A stretch of 62,415 nucleotides of DNA, counting the filler, from Sphacelaria rigidula (Eukaryota): assembly GCA_964200075.2 (NCBI GenBank). It is 8 parts of 8 records of this genome, joined end to end, with 100 filler letters (N's around TTAATTAATTAA, not from the genome) between each part and the next. Parts side by side here need not be neighbours in the genome. Positions count along the whole stretch, not along the records: positions 23,446 to 31,160 come from CAXNAA020013698.1; positions 31,261 to 38,974 come from CAXNAA020013699.1; 6 more parts are not named here. The stretch is one strand, 5' to 3'. A program made the position numbers and the translations under genes. Of the stretch, positions 25,683 to 37,650 are shown one piece after another (position 1 is the first letter of the stretch; every line of letters begins with the position of its first letter). A model generated the notes under the pieces. That model ran no database searches, was not told the origin of the DNA, and saw only the letters and a program-made list of their open reading frames with translations.

Positions 25683-25871
25683 TTAGGCCAAAAACGCCGT
25701 AGATTTGAGGGTTTTGAACTGCTTCCGCCTGTCGAAGCCGCCCGGACCCGCTTCATCCGACGATACCTGTCTGCGATTCAAACCAGGGAGTCCGGAGGGC
25801 ATGCGTTTCGACTCCAGGCGTCCCGTGGACAGTCCTCCCCTCACTCCCACTCCCCCACCAGCGCCGGAGGG
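25683..25871 (-). CDS. Terminal exon (62 aa + TAA) of the minus-strand gene in contig 4
   Basis: Pyrimidine-rich ...AATCAG| acceptor in phase 0, encoding PSGAGGGVGVRGGLSTGRLESKRMPSGLPGLNRRQVSSDEAGPGGFDRRKQFKTLKSTAFLA*. Phase matches the upstream exon. Confidence 0.7.
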   Translation of the reverse strand, partial: PSGAGGGVGVRGGLSTGRLESKRMPSGLPGLNRRQVSSDEAGPGGFDRRKQFKTLKSTAFLA

Positions 25872-26483
25872 CTGATTGAGACATGACCAACGGGGAAGGG
25901 TGCAGAGGGGGCGGGATGGGGTATGACTTCGTCTTTTTTATTTATGTGGTATCATACGTGTAATTTTTTCAGAAAAGTACACGGGGTGCGACAGGGTAAG
26001 CATCTGGGTATTTACTCTCCCGAATCTTGTGTTGCGATAGTTCTATTAACCCCTTTGGGATCCATTCACGATTTTTGTTCTTGTGAATCGGCATCATTTT
26101 CAGTCATTCTCAAGACAAAATGATGCCGATTCACAAGAACAAAAACCGCCAGTGGGTTCCAAAAGGGTAAATATCTCCAAATGCTATCCGAATACCTGGC
26201 AGAGGCAGGTACGGCCGCAATACTCCACCTCACATCTGGGTATTATTGAGTACCATATCAAAACTCTGTCTCGAGAGTTTTGCGTACTTAGACTTGTTTT
26301 AGGCCCACCATTTCTTTCTGTGACTTGGTGTTGTTGACTTTTTTTGTCATTTCATTACAATAATTAATTATTATTATTTACGTCTTCGTCTACTGTGTCG
26401 TTCTGTTCGACTTTTTTCTGTTCCTTCTTTTCTTCAGCGAGTGTTTCAGTTTTGGTTTTCTTGGATACCTACGTCTATCGTGC

Positions 26484-26551
26484 GACCACGGCTGGACCCC
26501 TGGGGGGTCAGTTAGAGTGCGACAATCAAATCAAATCAAATCAAATCAAAT
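26484..26551 (+). mobile_element. LINE (probably RTE-type) 3' terminal motif with a microsatellite tail; other copies at 39150-39229 (-), 39379-39487 (+), 48751-48802 (+), 50988-51045 (+) and 52834-52932 (-)
   Basis: Six copies share GACCACGGCTGGA.CC.TGGG.GATCAG.TA..GTG.GA, followed by (CAAT)n or (CAAAT)n, and are usually preceded by a T-rich tract. Confidence 0.7.
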
Positions 26552-28132
26552 ACTTCGATATTTCCAAATACCCAAACGTAGGAAACACGCTAACTAGCAC
26601 ACCCTCGTGAAATACTGACGAATCTTCATACAGGGAAGTCCCCTCTTGAGTTTTTTGTGAACAAACGATGGAAAGATCGATGGACCATGACCACGCTTGA
26701 AAACAACAAATAACTTTTTTGTGTGTACACAAATGAAGAAGCGGCTAGTATATCCTCTACGTAATGAAAGAAACACAAACATGGGACTGACGACATGACC
26801 CACCACATCAGCACTTGGCCACACATCAGTATCGACGAAACACCATGACCCTTCTTGCCCAATATATTCGGCTCTCCTATATTCTTCCTTGTTTTTCATC
26901 ATTCTCCATCGTATTTCATTGACTGGTTGAACCCCGCCCCGCACATGGGATACCCGAAGCTGCACCTATTGTTTCATAAGTGAACAAGATGCCGAACTAC
27001 CAGATAGACAGATACCCCTCTAGACAATCAAACCACTGCTATCTTCACTTCAATATACACTATAAAACACCCAACAGCATATCACAACAATGTGATTCGA
27101 AAGTACGACCGGTGTTCTCCAAACGTGAGTCCATTTCATTATTGTACTTCCAGGTGCTGGTATCCACATCATCCCCTCCCCCCCCCCCCCCCCTGCCCCC
27201 CACTTCCCGTCAAAAAATGTACTAAAAGGGTAATGAAAGGCAGACGTCATGTAGGATTTATATATATATAGAAAGCAAAAATCCCATACTCGTACGTGCC
27301 TGTCAATAAATTACACACACATATATATACACCACCTCTGATCAGAAGATAAAGTCGATTTAGATGATTTGCACAACAAGCATTCGAACGCTCATGAATT
27401 TCATGTCGGGGACTTGATTTCCACCAAAACCAGCGTGTATTTCTCCCAAAACAAGTATTTTCCCCTTTCAATAAGTTCTTCTTTCTGCTGTTTCTTAGCT
27501 TCAAAGGTTCCGCTTTTAGCCACCCTGTACGTTTACCTCTGGTCAGCATGCAAGATGAAATCAAAAGTTTTCAACACGTACGTCTACAGGCAGCTAAGGT
27601 ACAAACTACAGTAGCCAGAATAACCGCGAAAAAGAAACGAAGAAAACAAAAGCGATTTTTTTTTTCTGTCCACACGGGAGACAAAACGACACCCTGGTTT
27701 TCATTACTGACCAAAACCTTCGCAAGATTCATATCGGGGAATACTTTCCCAGGGGAGGAAACGGAAAATTCTCATCCCCTGAAACGGGGTATTCTCGTAA
27801 CTTCCCGCCTACCAGAGCATGATGTAAAAAATGAAAGGGCAGGTCGAGTAGAGTATACTCAATAGTGGGGTATTTCGGAAGACGCACTTGAGGTACTCAA
27901 ATTAGGGTAGAGTGTTAGGAGTCGTACCCAAAAAATAATCGGACAGTGATGCCCAAAACCCTGCCCTCAATTTGTGTGTACTTCAAGTACGACTTTCAAA
28001 ACACCTCGCAATTGAGTATACTCTACTGGACCTGCTCTTGGGAAAATATGATGCAGAGTAATATCCCAAGCCCCCTAAAATGCAAATCGACCCTTTATTG
28101 CTGATCACATAATGAACGCAAGCAACGCTCAC

Positions 28133-28349
28133 CTTCAGAGTGCTGGGGGCCCTGCCTCCGACACCTCGGTGCACCGTAGACGCCTGCCTGATAGCCGATA
28201 GCTGCCGCAAATTCGATGCTTGCCGTATAGCGGACACCTGCCTGCCCAACTGCACCCCTCCACCGAAGGCCTTGCTCTTTTGGCGAGCCAGAGACTGCTG
28301 CCTGCCGAGTGTTGACTTCTGATAGGGTAGGTGCCGCCGTTCAAGGTCG
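28133..28349 (-). CDS. Internal exon (217 bp, phase 2 to 0) with repeated RQxS motifs
   Basis: Acceptor CTGCAG|, donor AAG|GTGAGC; encodes DLERRHLPYQKSTLGRQQSLARQKSKAFGGGVQLGRQVSAIRQASNLRQLSAIRQASTVHRGVGGRAPSTLK. Confidence 0.8.
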
Positions 28350-28881
28350 CTGCAGTGGACAACGAGGGGTCGAGGAGGAGTGGAGGAAGCGAAGACATCG
28401 AAAAAAAAAGTGAAGGGAAAACGAGTGAAAATCAATCATCAGAAAAAAAAGAGCGCAAAGAGAAGAGGACAAGAGAAGAGGACAAGAGAAAAAAAAGACA
28501 AAAAAAAAACAAAAAAACGTAAATATGGTCGGTTGCCCCTACAAAAACCCGACACAGTATACGTAAGTTCGCCTTGTCAACAGGAGAAAGGTGAGGCGTT
28601 CAAAAATAATCTACTGCTGACAGGTCTGAAACGAACTCCAAAACATATATATACATATATACCACACACACACGCAAGCGTGTTTAATCCGAGGCGAAAG
28701 ACGCACACGTACTGTACTGTATGGGAAGGTGGAGCAGTAACAGTTTCGCCAGCTGTGAAGGAACACAATACACCCAAAGAAACTAATTATACATCAACTG
28801 TAGAATCGCAGCACGGTAGACAACACACACGAAAAGATAAGACCAGAGAAAAGATGGGGAAAAAAAAAAGTGAACACATAC

Positions 28882-28973
28882 CGCTGGCCGGGGTCCTCGA
28901 GCTTGCTAATCTTCCTGAGCATGACCGCCTCATTCACGCGCTGGTTCTTGATGCGCTCATACTCCTCCTTGAT
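28882..28973 (-). CDS. Internal exon (92 bp, phase 0 to 2), helical and charged
   Basis: Acceptor GACGCAG|, donor CG|GTATGT; encodes IKEEYERIKNQRVNEAVMLRKISKLEDPGQ(R). Confidence 0.8.
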
Positions 28974-29124
28974 CTGCGTCAACCACGAAGGAGCACACAC
29001 GAATAAAGAGGTTACGAACCCGTACCAACATACAGACAGATACACACATACATATTGTACGTTTCAATGTACATGTTTTGGAGATGATGCGGAACAATGT
29101 ACTCAACCTACAGATCGCTTCGGA

Positions 29125-29155
<31 letters not shown>

Positions 29156-29556
29156 CACACACACTTCAAGCGGGCGAGCACTGCTCGCTTTCTCCTTATT
29201 CTCTCTCTCTGTCTCTCTGATTGCCCGTCTTACTGTTCCCGTCTGTCCATCCTTCATCGCGGAAAAAAGCTTCACGGGGATCAGATATAACTATCTGCAT
29301 ACCCCTCAAAGGTGTCGTTTTTCAGTAAAACATGTACCAACATGTCAACCCAGAAACTCAGAACATGTGAAATTATTCCACAGGGCAACCACAACAGCAA
29401 CTATGGGTACGACAAGTTCCACCATTAAATCCTGAAGCAGGGCACGACACTGTCGAATCTTCTCCCATACCCTTGGGTGACATAAACCCCCTCCTCTTCC
29501 CCCTCCCTCCCCTCCTCCCTCATTGGCTGAGTGATGAATACACAAATGCAGCTCAC

Positions 29557-29676
29557 CAGCCCTTCCTCTTCCTCCCAGAAGTCGCTGTCGTCGTCACTTT
29601 CGTCTGAGTCGTCGGGAGCCGCGATCAGCATGCGTCTTTTTTCCAGCAGGCTCATGTTCACGTTCAAGCCCAGGGC
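29557..29676 (-). CDS. Internal exon (120 bp, phase 0/0) with a WASP/WAVE CA-like acidic-Trp motif
   Basis: Acceptor CCGCAG|, donor CTG|GTGAGC; encodes ALGLNVNMSLLEKRRMLIAAPDDSDESDDDSDFWEEEEGL. Confidence 0.8.
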
Positions 29677-30686
29677 CTGCGGTCTGCTTGTGTGTTTTTG
29701 AAACAAACGCAACACATATCAAGGGTCGGACGAATTTATGATTCGTCTGGAAACTACATGATTCTAGTGTGATTGATTCGTACGGTACGAATCAATCCTT
29801 AGGCTTTATTTTGACCCTTGCAACCCAGGTACGCACAGCCTAGGCACGTGGAATGGCGCCAAAATTGCGTGGAGACTTCTTTGACCGGCGGTCAACTTTT
29901 TTTTTTACCGATCAGTCCTGCAAAATCGTGGAATTGGTTATTCGAACCGGCGATGGTCCATCCGAACCGTGCAACACATATAAAAATGCAGCAGCATATA
30001 TGCGGGAAGATGTTCACCTCCACGGAAGATTCGCTCATCACCACGGCGGGGTTGGTATCGGATTAGTTAATGCGTGCACGAGACGATCGATTAGCATATA
30101 AAATCCATACTGTACATGGATGATTGACGCACGCCCGCACAGTATTTTGTGTCATCACGCGATTTACACCCTTTTTTTTTCATGTGAGTTATCCGTTGGA
30201 ACTTAAAGACACAGCGAAAAAGGCCACACGTGTGTAGCGTAGAGAACGGTGGAGAACACCCCCCTTAGTGACGAAACAAAACTTCGGGGCTCCTTCACAT
30301 AGTCGGCGTTACACGGTGTCTTCTTCACATACCCATTCTCCTCAATCTGTTCAAACACAGGCGGCCATCTGAGATGATCACCCTCGCAGTCCGGTCGTTC
30401 AAAAACACGTCACGTGAGATTTTCACTTTTACGGCCCAGTCACGGTCATCGGGAGAGCTTACCCTTGCACGCGGAAAATCTTCAGAAAAAAGCGACTCAG
30501 ACTTTCCTATCGAGCAAATTGACGCTCGTGAAACGCATCACCGGTGCGCCCTCTCCCGAGCGCGGAGGGGGGTGATATCCCCAGTGATCTACCGTATACA
30601 CCTCAGGTACGTACATATGTGCCTCATGTGGCATGCGAAAAGGTATACCCCAATCGCAAAATAACACGAATGTACTCAATCGCCTA

Positions 30687-31064
30687 ACCGGTCGCCCCGG
30701 TGGCTTTATTGGTAACCTCGAAACCTTCTTACGGCTGAGTCGTGGGTTCGAAGCTCGGTGAAGCCACACGATTTGGGATTTTTGCTCACACCATGCCCAA
30801 GAGTGGAGAGCAACCGTGTCGTGGGCATAGAGTTCGACTGCACAATTGCCGAGGGAAAGGGATCCCCGAAACCCTCACGCGATGATAAAAAATAGAACAA
30901 AGGCAAGCACCGCAAAAGGAAGGTGGAGTACCATGAATATAACAAAAAATATAAGAAAAACTACTGTGTTGGCCTTCCTCCTGTGACCCCGGCTGATGCG
31001 TCCACTAACACCGAAAGGTGTAGCCTGGCGTCCAGAATAGATGGGCGACAACACACACAACACA
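30687..31064 (+). mobile_element. Full-length ~380-bp tRNA-derived SINE
   Basis: A-box-like TGGCTTTATTGG (TGGCTCAGTTGG in the 54703 copy), B-box GGTTCGAAGC, and a body collinear with 61691-62040 ending AGAATAGATGGG.GACAACACAC. Confidence 0.85.
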
Positions 31065-32099
31065 TACTCAAGGATTGCACATATCCCCCTCCCCCCCCCC
31101 CCCCCCCCCCAAATTCGTTCACTCCTTGGAAGTTAAGGGCTGAAAAGAAAAACGCGGCAANNNNNNNNNNNNNNNNNNNNNNNNNNNNNNNNNNNNNNNN
31201 NNNNTTAATTAATTAANNNNNNNNNNNNNNNNNNNNNNNNNNNNNNNNNNNNNNNNNNNNGCGCTGTGTGTAGAGGGGAGCTTGGTTGATGCTCGAACGA
31301 GGAAGGCGCCGAACAGATGTTTGCGCCCCCGCCCCCCCCCCCCGAACGTTTCCAATTGATCTCCTGTTCGGGATGTGGCGAGCCAGATCGGATTTGACTT
31401 GTGGTACCTCAGACAGGAGATGAAGAGAAAGGGTGGACTCTGAGACATGTGGGCAAGTGCCTTGCAAATCACGTGCCTAACTTTGAGGTCTTGACCCGAA
31501 AAAGTGGGCTACGTGTAGTTTTTCAAACATACATACACGCACGGGAATTCGGCTCTTCCGTTCGATCGACGGGGAATCACGGAATGAGACGTTCACAGGC
31601 TGTCTTCTCGCCTACAAGCAAGCTCACATGCCGAGAAAGTTGGGACAAATTAACAACATTTTTCCTGGAAAGAAGCTTGCAATTTCCTCGGCAAAATACT
31701 CCAACCACGGGAGTTTTTCTACGAAGCGCGTGTAAATTTGTTCATGTCTTGAAATCGACATGAGATTCGGGGCGAACTAAATGTATCCCGAGAATCAAGT
31801 TTCCACGTTGTAGTACAGTACCGTGTATTTCGAACATCAAGGTTCACTTTGAACTTCGTGATTATTCGCTGGTCGTTGAAGGCTGCAATTAAAAGCTCCA
31901 TTGTGTTGACGGCTAAAGTGGAACCCTGGTATGGCAGCCATGGAACGTCCTCGCTCAGCTCATGAGCCGCACGTGGAAAATGACGTGGTTTGTAGTCACA
32001 CACTACTCGCGTCTGATTACGGACTACACGATGAAATCATGTGCGGATCTGGGGACAGTGTGAAGCTTGGGGAGTAAGGTTGTTATCGGTAGAGATTCG

Positions 32100-33200
32100 T
32101 GGCGATGTCTTGGCGCCTTCTCTGGGGCTGAGGACAGCATATGATGTTGCCGAATGAATTCCTTTAATTTTGACCTGCTTCCGTTTTCCCTTTGTTTTGT
32201 ACAATCGTGTCGGGACCATCTATTGATGTATACTGGGGGTCATTTGTACTTGAAACATGAGTGGAGAAAGCAGTTATCCTACCCTGGTTGTCAAAGAGTT
32301 GTCGTTTTTCTGCTGAACGCCCAATTTTGGTCGTCGCCACGTGAAAGAAATATGAAGCCGCCTCTCGCAGCGGAGTTTTGACTGTCTATGACCATTTCAA
32401 CTGTTGAGTTTTGCCACATTGCCCGGAAGCATGGGCCAGAGTTGCTGTTGGTTCCACCGCCTGTGTGTGTGGGTATTCTCAGCATCACATGCGACTCGGA
32501 AGTTAATGATGGGGCGGTGTGTCTGTTAGTGGTCCCAGTTCCTCTTGTGGAGCATGCCGTCGACCCATTCGGTGCGCCGCGCCTTGCCGCGCGCGTGTCC
32601 ACCTTGAACGCAGGGTTTGCAGCCCGAATTCGTGGTTTTGGATGATGACTTTTACGCTTGCTCATATCTGCAGCTATTTCGGCGTGTTTAGGCGTGACCT
32701 GCACGAACTGACACTAGCTGCACATCATCAGTGCTTTGTAAGTACGAAAAAGTGATCGATCCGTACGCCGTCCCGTGACAGTTGTCGGATTTCCGCTCCC
32801 CTCCGTCCTATTCCTGTTTGCCCTAGGCGGAATTTTGGGCTGTACCCGACCGGGATAAAGACGGGAAGCAGAGCTATAGGGCTCTCGACGTTCAGCTTCT
32901 CGCTCCCGGCACCCTGGTATTGGAAGAACAAGTCCATGAAGGGTTGACGGGGATAGTCGAGCGTGCACCCGTGGTGCCTCAAAGGTTGAGTTTCGGTCGG
33001 GATGGAGGTGGAGGTGGGATCCAGCCAGGGGCTGGACGGTTTAGTCTACCTGCTGTGGAGGGGAACGGCTCGCGTGAAGGCGCGGAGGTGGTGCCGTCGA
33101 AAAAGGGGGGCGTGGTGGCGTCTTTACATCCCAAGGTGAACCTCAAGCGTGTGTTGAAGCCTGTACCTGTCGTGCTGAAAGCTGTGCACACATGAGGGGC
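32100..33200 (-). mobile_element. Possible degenerate LTR-retrotransposon gag region
   Basis: Frameshifted zinc-knuckle-like string (GPCFR / CGK / GHRQS) near 32385-32440, downstream of Pro/Thr-rich broken ORFs. Weak evidence. Confidence 0.25.
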
Positions 33201-33934
33201 CTGCAAAGATGACTATCATCGGATCAACGTGATTGATGTTGGCTAGTTTGCAGCTATCAAAACGGCGTGCAGTGCAACTGATCCGTTATTGATTAACGTT
33301 GGCCTGCAAACAACCGAAAGGCCTGTCGGGGAACCAAAATCGGTTACTGTACGGCGTGACCTGCGGTAGACGGGTACAGGTCACGGCTCTGTGTAATTTT
33401 CTGATATCTTAGTTGGCGCACAATATTATCGCGTGCTGATGCTGTTTCAGTGTGGGATGTTGTCCTCCTCCCAAGCAGTCTCACTCGAAGAAAGATCGAA
33501 GACGGGAAAATGCTCGAGAATGGAGGTTGGATACTTGAGATTTTGGTTGGTTTCCGTCACTGAAAGTAACTTGCCTCGAGAGGTGATCTTCCACAAAGTC
33601 CCACTCTGCCGCTTGGCTGTCCACAAATCATCCAGAATACTTGGTGTGTAGTACAAAAGCTGCTGATCTCAATACGTGTTACTGGGGTACCTCGCTTCTG
33701 TACCATATATCTATGTAAAGGGCGTACCATTCCTGTCTAAGCTGCATTGGCGGAACCGGTTGCGTATAATTTTGGATTTTGTTCCTTTGGGGTAGACCGT
33801 ACCGCAAGAGCTCACGTCGTACCCGCCTTCTCTCAAGACCACGGATGCTGCTCTAGAGCGCTGAAGCTACCTCGCTCGTTTCGTCCTCAGATTTCATACG
33901 TATACCGTCCCGGTGTACGCTTTTCCATGTGCGG

Positions 33935-35440
33935 AAGACAGAGGTGGGTCGACCTACGCCATTTTCAGCCACAGAGGGGTTTTGGCGAAACACAGGCACG
34001 GTTGCTGCCTGTGCTCCTCTATAATCCATCTAAATCCAATCCTGACGCCAAGGCAAGTCGATCACGGCCTAGGCATAGCACGGAAATCGACTTCCACGAA
34101 CGTTTGGGCGCACCCACAGACCAAACAGTGCCGCGGGCATCAAGGACTGCAGAGGAGGTTCTCTCTAGTCTGAGAATGAGGTGGGACAACCAACCGCCAT
34201 CTTCCATTATCCCCTCTCCTGTTATTTCAATTTTTTTAACCCCCTTTTCGCCGAAATATCCCGCCTGTTTACAACTCTCCGCCCTCTCAAAACTCATCCC
34301 CCACGCCTTCGCACGGCAGAACATTTCAAAACCTGAAACATTTTTTCCGCATCTATCGACCGTCTGGAGGAATTCCCGCACACAAACCAGACCCCATGAG
34401 AATATCTGGGTGGTCGCTTCATCGCAGAACAACAATGAAGGCCTACAATGATCTCTCATGTATGATTCTTGTGCAACAGTTGCAGAGACCCCGACGGAAA
34501 TCAACGGATCGCCCTGGAGACTGCTATGGGAGGCGTGACTGCTCTGGACGGAGAGTTTGACTTACTTCGTAAGATGAATTATCGGAACGGGTTGAGACCG
34601 TTGCCACTTTTCCCGACATATCATATGTGAGGGTAGGTTTGTTGTCGAGTTCAGGCGACTGATCAATATCGATCTTGTGCTTTTTTGTCATGACGTAACA
34701 CAAGTGTTATTTGGCAACGAACACGCTCGCGGGGTAGCACAAACGGCCTGGGCACTGTCCAGACATCATGAAGGGTCGCGGCCCAAACATACCCCCCTGT
34801 ACCTGCACAAAGAACGCACATGTTGAGTAACGGACCTAGGTCACCTTCCACTCTCGTGATGAACCAGTCTTTGCGTCACGGGTGGTATCCGCACCATGTG
34901 TGCAACATCTCGTATTCCCTCCTCAGCCGGCTTGACGCGGTGATCACGACAGACCCGCGGCACTTTCTGCTGTCAGCTATGGCTCAGGCGGGTTATCATC
35001 GAAGGGGATAATCCATTTTCAAAAATCCTTGTTTGGCAAAGGATTTCCAGGTCTTGTGATGTTCTGCCGTGCAGTGGTTCGAAGGGTGGGTTTTGAGGGG
35101 GCGGAAAGTGGTCAACAGAGGGTATATTTCGGCGAAAAGAGGGTCGAAAAATGGAAGCAACAGGAGGAATGGCGGTGGGTCGTCCTACCCCGCTCTCAGA
35201 CTAGAGAGGGCCTCCTGTGCAGCCCTTGTTGCCCGCGGCACTGTCTAATCCGTAGGCGCGCCCAAAGTTCGTGAAAGTCGACTCCCGTACTCCGCCTGGG
35301 CCGTGGTCGACTTGGCCATCGCGTTAGTTCTGGATTTGAAATGATTTCATAGGAATACCGGCAGAGCCCGTACTTGTGTTTTGCCACCACCCCCTTGTGG
35401 CTTAAACTGGCGTGGGTCGACCCAACTTTGCCTGTTGTCC
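33935..35440. mobile_element. Element with ~400-bp diverged terminal inverted repeats (33935-34345 and 35035-35440) around a ~700-bp spacer
   Basis: Inverted blocks include ACAGTGCCGCGGGCA / TGCCCGCGGCACTGT, CTCTCTAGTCTGAGA / TCTCAGACTAGAGAG, TTTTCGCCGAAATAT / ATATTTCGGCGAAAA and GCACGGCAGAACAT / ATGTTCTGCCGTGC. Confidence 0.8.
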
Positions 35441-36237
35441 TTTTTCCATGTGCATTGACCATGTCATACTTCAAACAGTTGCAAACGCCTCTGTTGTTTC
35501 GGCTCACCTCACCTGTAGTCCAACATCGGGACTGTTGAAGCACTTGTCGGCGAAACGTTTGTCGAACACACGAGAGTTTCGCGGTACGAACGTGACACAG
35601 AAGTAGCCTGTACGAGCACCATCTTTTTATGGTCAAAAGTGGATCCTGATTCAGCACCGTGGTCGAATTATGGTTTGTGCGTGCAGCGCAGTAGCCGGCA
35701 ACCAATTACGCAGTAAGTCGCCGTCACGCCGCTTCCCGCGCACGCTGCAACCGCCGGCTGGCCTGTTTGAGGCGTGTGGGGCGAGGAAAGTGCACTTGAT
35801 GGAGCCGTTGCTGTCGGTCGCTCTTGGCGTACCTACCGAGACCGTGCCCCCGCCGGTGTACGTGCTATCCTGGTGGCGGTGAGCTCATGCGTTGCCTGTC
35901 TCGCCGCTCCAGGTGACTGAATCAGGGGCGGTGTTCATGTGGATGTCGCTCATTGCTGAAATAACATGGTTCAGTCAGGGAGCGCACTGGACGGTCAATT
36001 CGCTCTGAGTTTCACATTATGTTGTTTGGTTTGGTCCCTCTCATGACGTCAGCACGTTATCAGGCCATGTGATTGATGGATTCACCGCAACATGATATAC
36101 CAGATGCACTCCATCTCATCGTCGGTTGTATTTGTCGGTGCACTGGTTCGCGGAGGTTTGCCGATGTGAACCTCGCGGGGTGTGAATATAAATTTTCACT
36201 TGAGTACTGTAGGGTGGATCATACCACCTGCCGAATA

Positions 36238-37320
36238 TGACACTGCTCAGACGGATCAGAGTTCATACGGGTTGACTCCCCATGAATATTCAATGCGACT
36301 CATATATCAAAGAGTCATCCGGTATGAATCACGGATGTTTAAGTTTTACGTTCAAGGTCGTACCGCACGAATCACGAACTGGAATGTGTGAAATCCGAGT
36401 AGTGTCACTAATCAGGAGTACAAATCGTGTACGACGTGTAGTATATGAGTCATAGGTCGATAACATATACACTAAATTCATCTCGTATGAACGGCAGGCC
36501 CAGAACAAATACGCATGATTTATGCTACGTGGACTGAGATGGGGATACATGTCTATGACTCATGCTGCATGGACGAAAATTGGGAAATCTGTGCGCTTGA
36601 TTCATGTCGCACGAATGGAAGGTGCAGAGTACGTGTTCATGACTCATGCAGTATGAACGGAAAGTGGGAAACATGTGTGCTTGATTTATATTGCATGAAT
36701 GAAGGCCAAGGAAGTTGTACCTATGATTCATGCTGCATGACTGGAAATTGGAAAATATGTGCGCTTGATTCTCCTCCCATGGATGGAAGGTGACACGGTT
36801 CGGATGAATCACAGTTCATACGGATTGACTCCCCATGAATTTTCAATGCGAATCATATACCAAAGAGCCATCCGGTATGAATCACGGAAATTAGGAGTGC
36901 AAAATATGTATCAATCACACTTCCGGCATGAATCTTGGGTGGAAACGTGTGCACTTAATTTATCTCGTAGGAATCAAAGGCAGGGAGCATTGTACGTACG
37001 ATTCATGCTGCATGAACACATTGCGAAACATGTACGCTTGATTCACCTCGTATGGATGGGAAGCGGGGAATATGTACGAATGATTCATCTTGCATGAACT
37101 GAAGTCGGGGAACATGTACGTGTGATTTACCTTATATGAATGGAAGGTGCAGAGTGCGTGCCTATGATTCATGCTGCATGAAGGAAAGAGGAGACGTGTG
37201 ATTGCCTGATTCGCGTCGGATGGATGGAAGGTGGGGAACATGTTCCCCTTGATTCATGCTCACTAGCGCAACGTGAAAAACACGCACATGAATCACGTGA
37301 TTCATGCTGTATGAATCATA
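36238..37320. repeat. 42-bp-unit minisatellite with a ~550-bp higher-order duplication
   Basis: Units start GATTCATGCTGCATGAA-like every 42 bp. A ~100-bp leader is repeated at 36238-36337 and 36791-36890. Confidence 0.85.
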
Positions 37321-37524
37321 CGAAACAAAACAGATAGAGCTAGAAGTATCACTCTAGGCGCATAGATTCGTGCGCGGAGCGATATTGTACCGTTCTGTCC
37401 GCGGACTGTACAGGACGCTGCCGGAGTTTTCCTAAAACCCGCGAACATGCGAGGACAACTCGTGCTGATGCCGTGTTCTTCGCAAGTTGCTGGTATTATA
37501 TACAGTATGTTCAGGTCAGCCGTA

Positions 37525-37650
37525 CTGTAATGCGTGGGAGGATCGCGTGCTTTTGGGACCGCGTCGTGGTTCAAAACACCCCAGGATCGACGGTCGAGAC
37601 CAATCGGGCCAGTCCCTGCAAGAACCGCGCCCCTGACCCTAACCGTAATC
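37525..37650. repeat. Dispersed repeat with telomere-like CCCTAA motifs; inverted homologue at ~51995-52150
   Basis: AAAACACCCCAGGATCGAC...AATCGGGCCAGTCCCTGCAAGAACCGCGCCCCTGACCC matches the reverse complement of 52028-52100. Confidence 0.65.

Noticed and set aside
27537..27583. Extra minus-strand exon TYVLKTFDFILHADQ (AG/GT bounded) and a following block at ~26965
   Set aside because: It leaves phase 2, which is incompatible with the better terminal exon at 25871. It is possible only as an alternative ending and is unsupported.
28380..29006. 208-aa Lys-rich plus-strand ORF
   Set aside because: It is the antisense reading of T-rich introns of the minus-strand gene.
33747..34504. 234-aa and 161-aa overlapping ORFs
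   Set aside because: They lie within a TIR arm, the frame is not preserved in the opposite arm, and no domain is recognisable.
36238..37320. CRISPR array
   Set aside because: The putative spacers are homologous to each other, the repeats are degenerate, there are no cas genes, and the context is eukaryotic.
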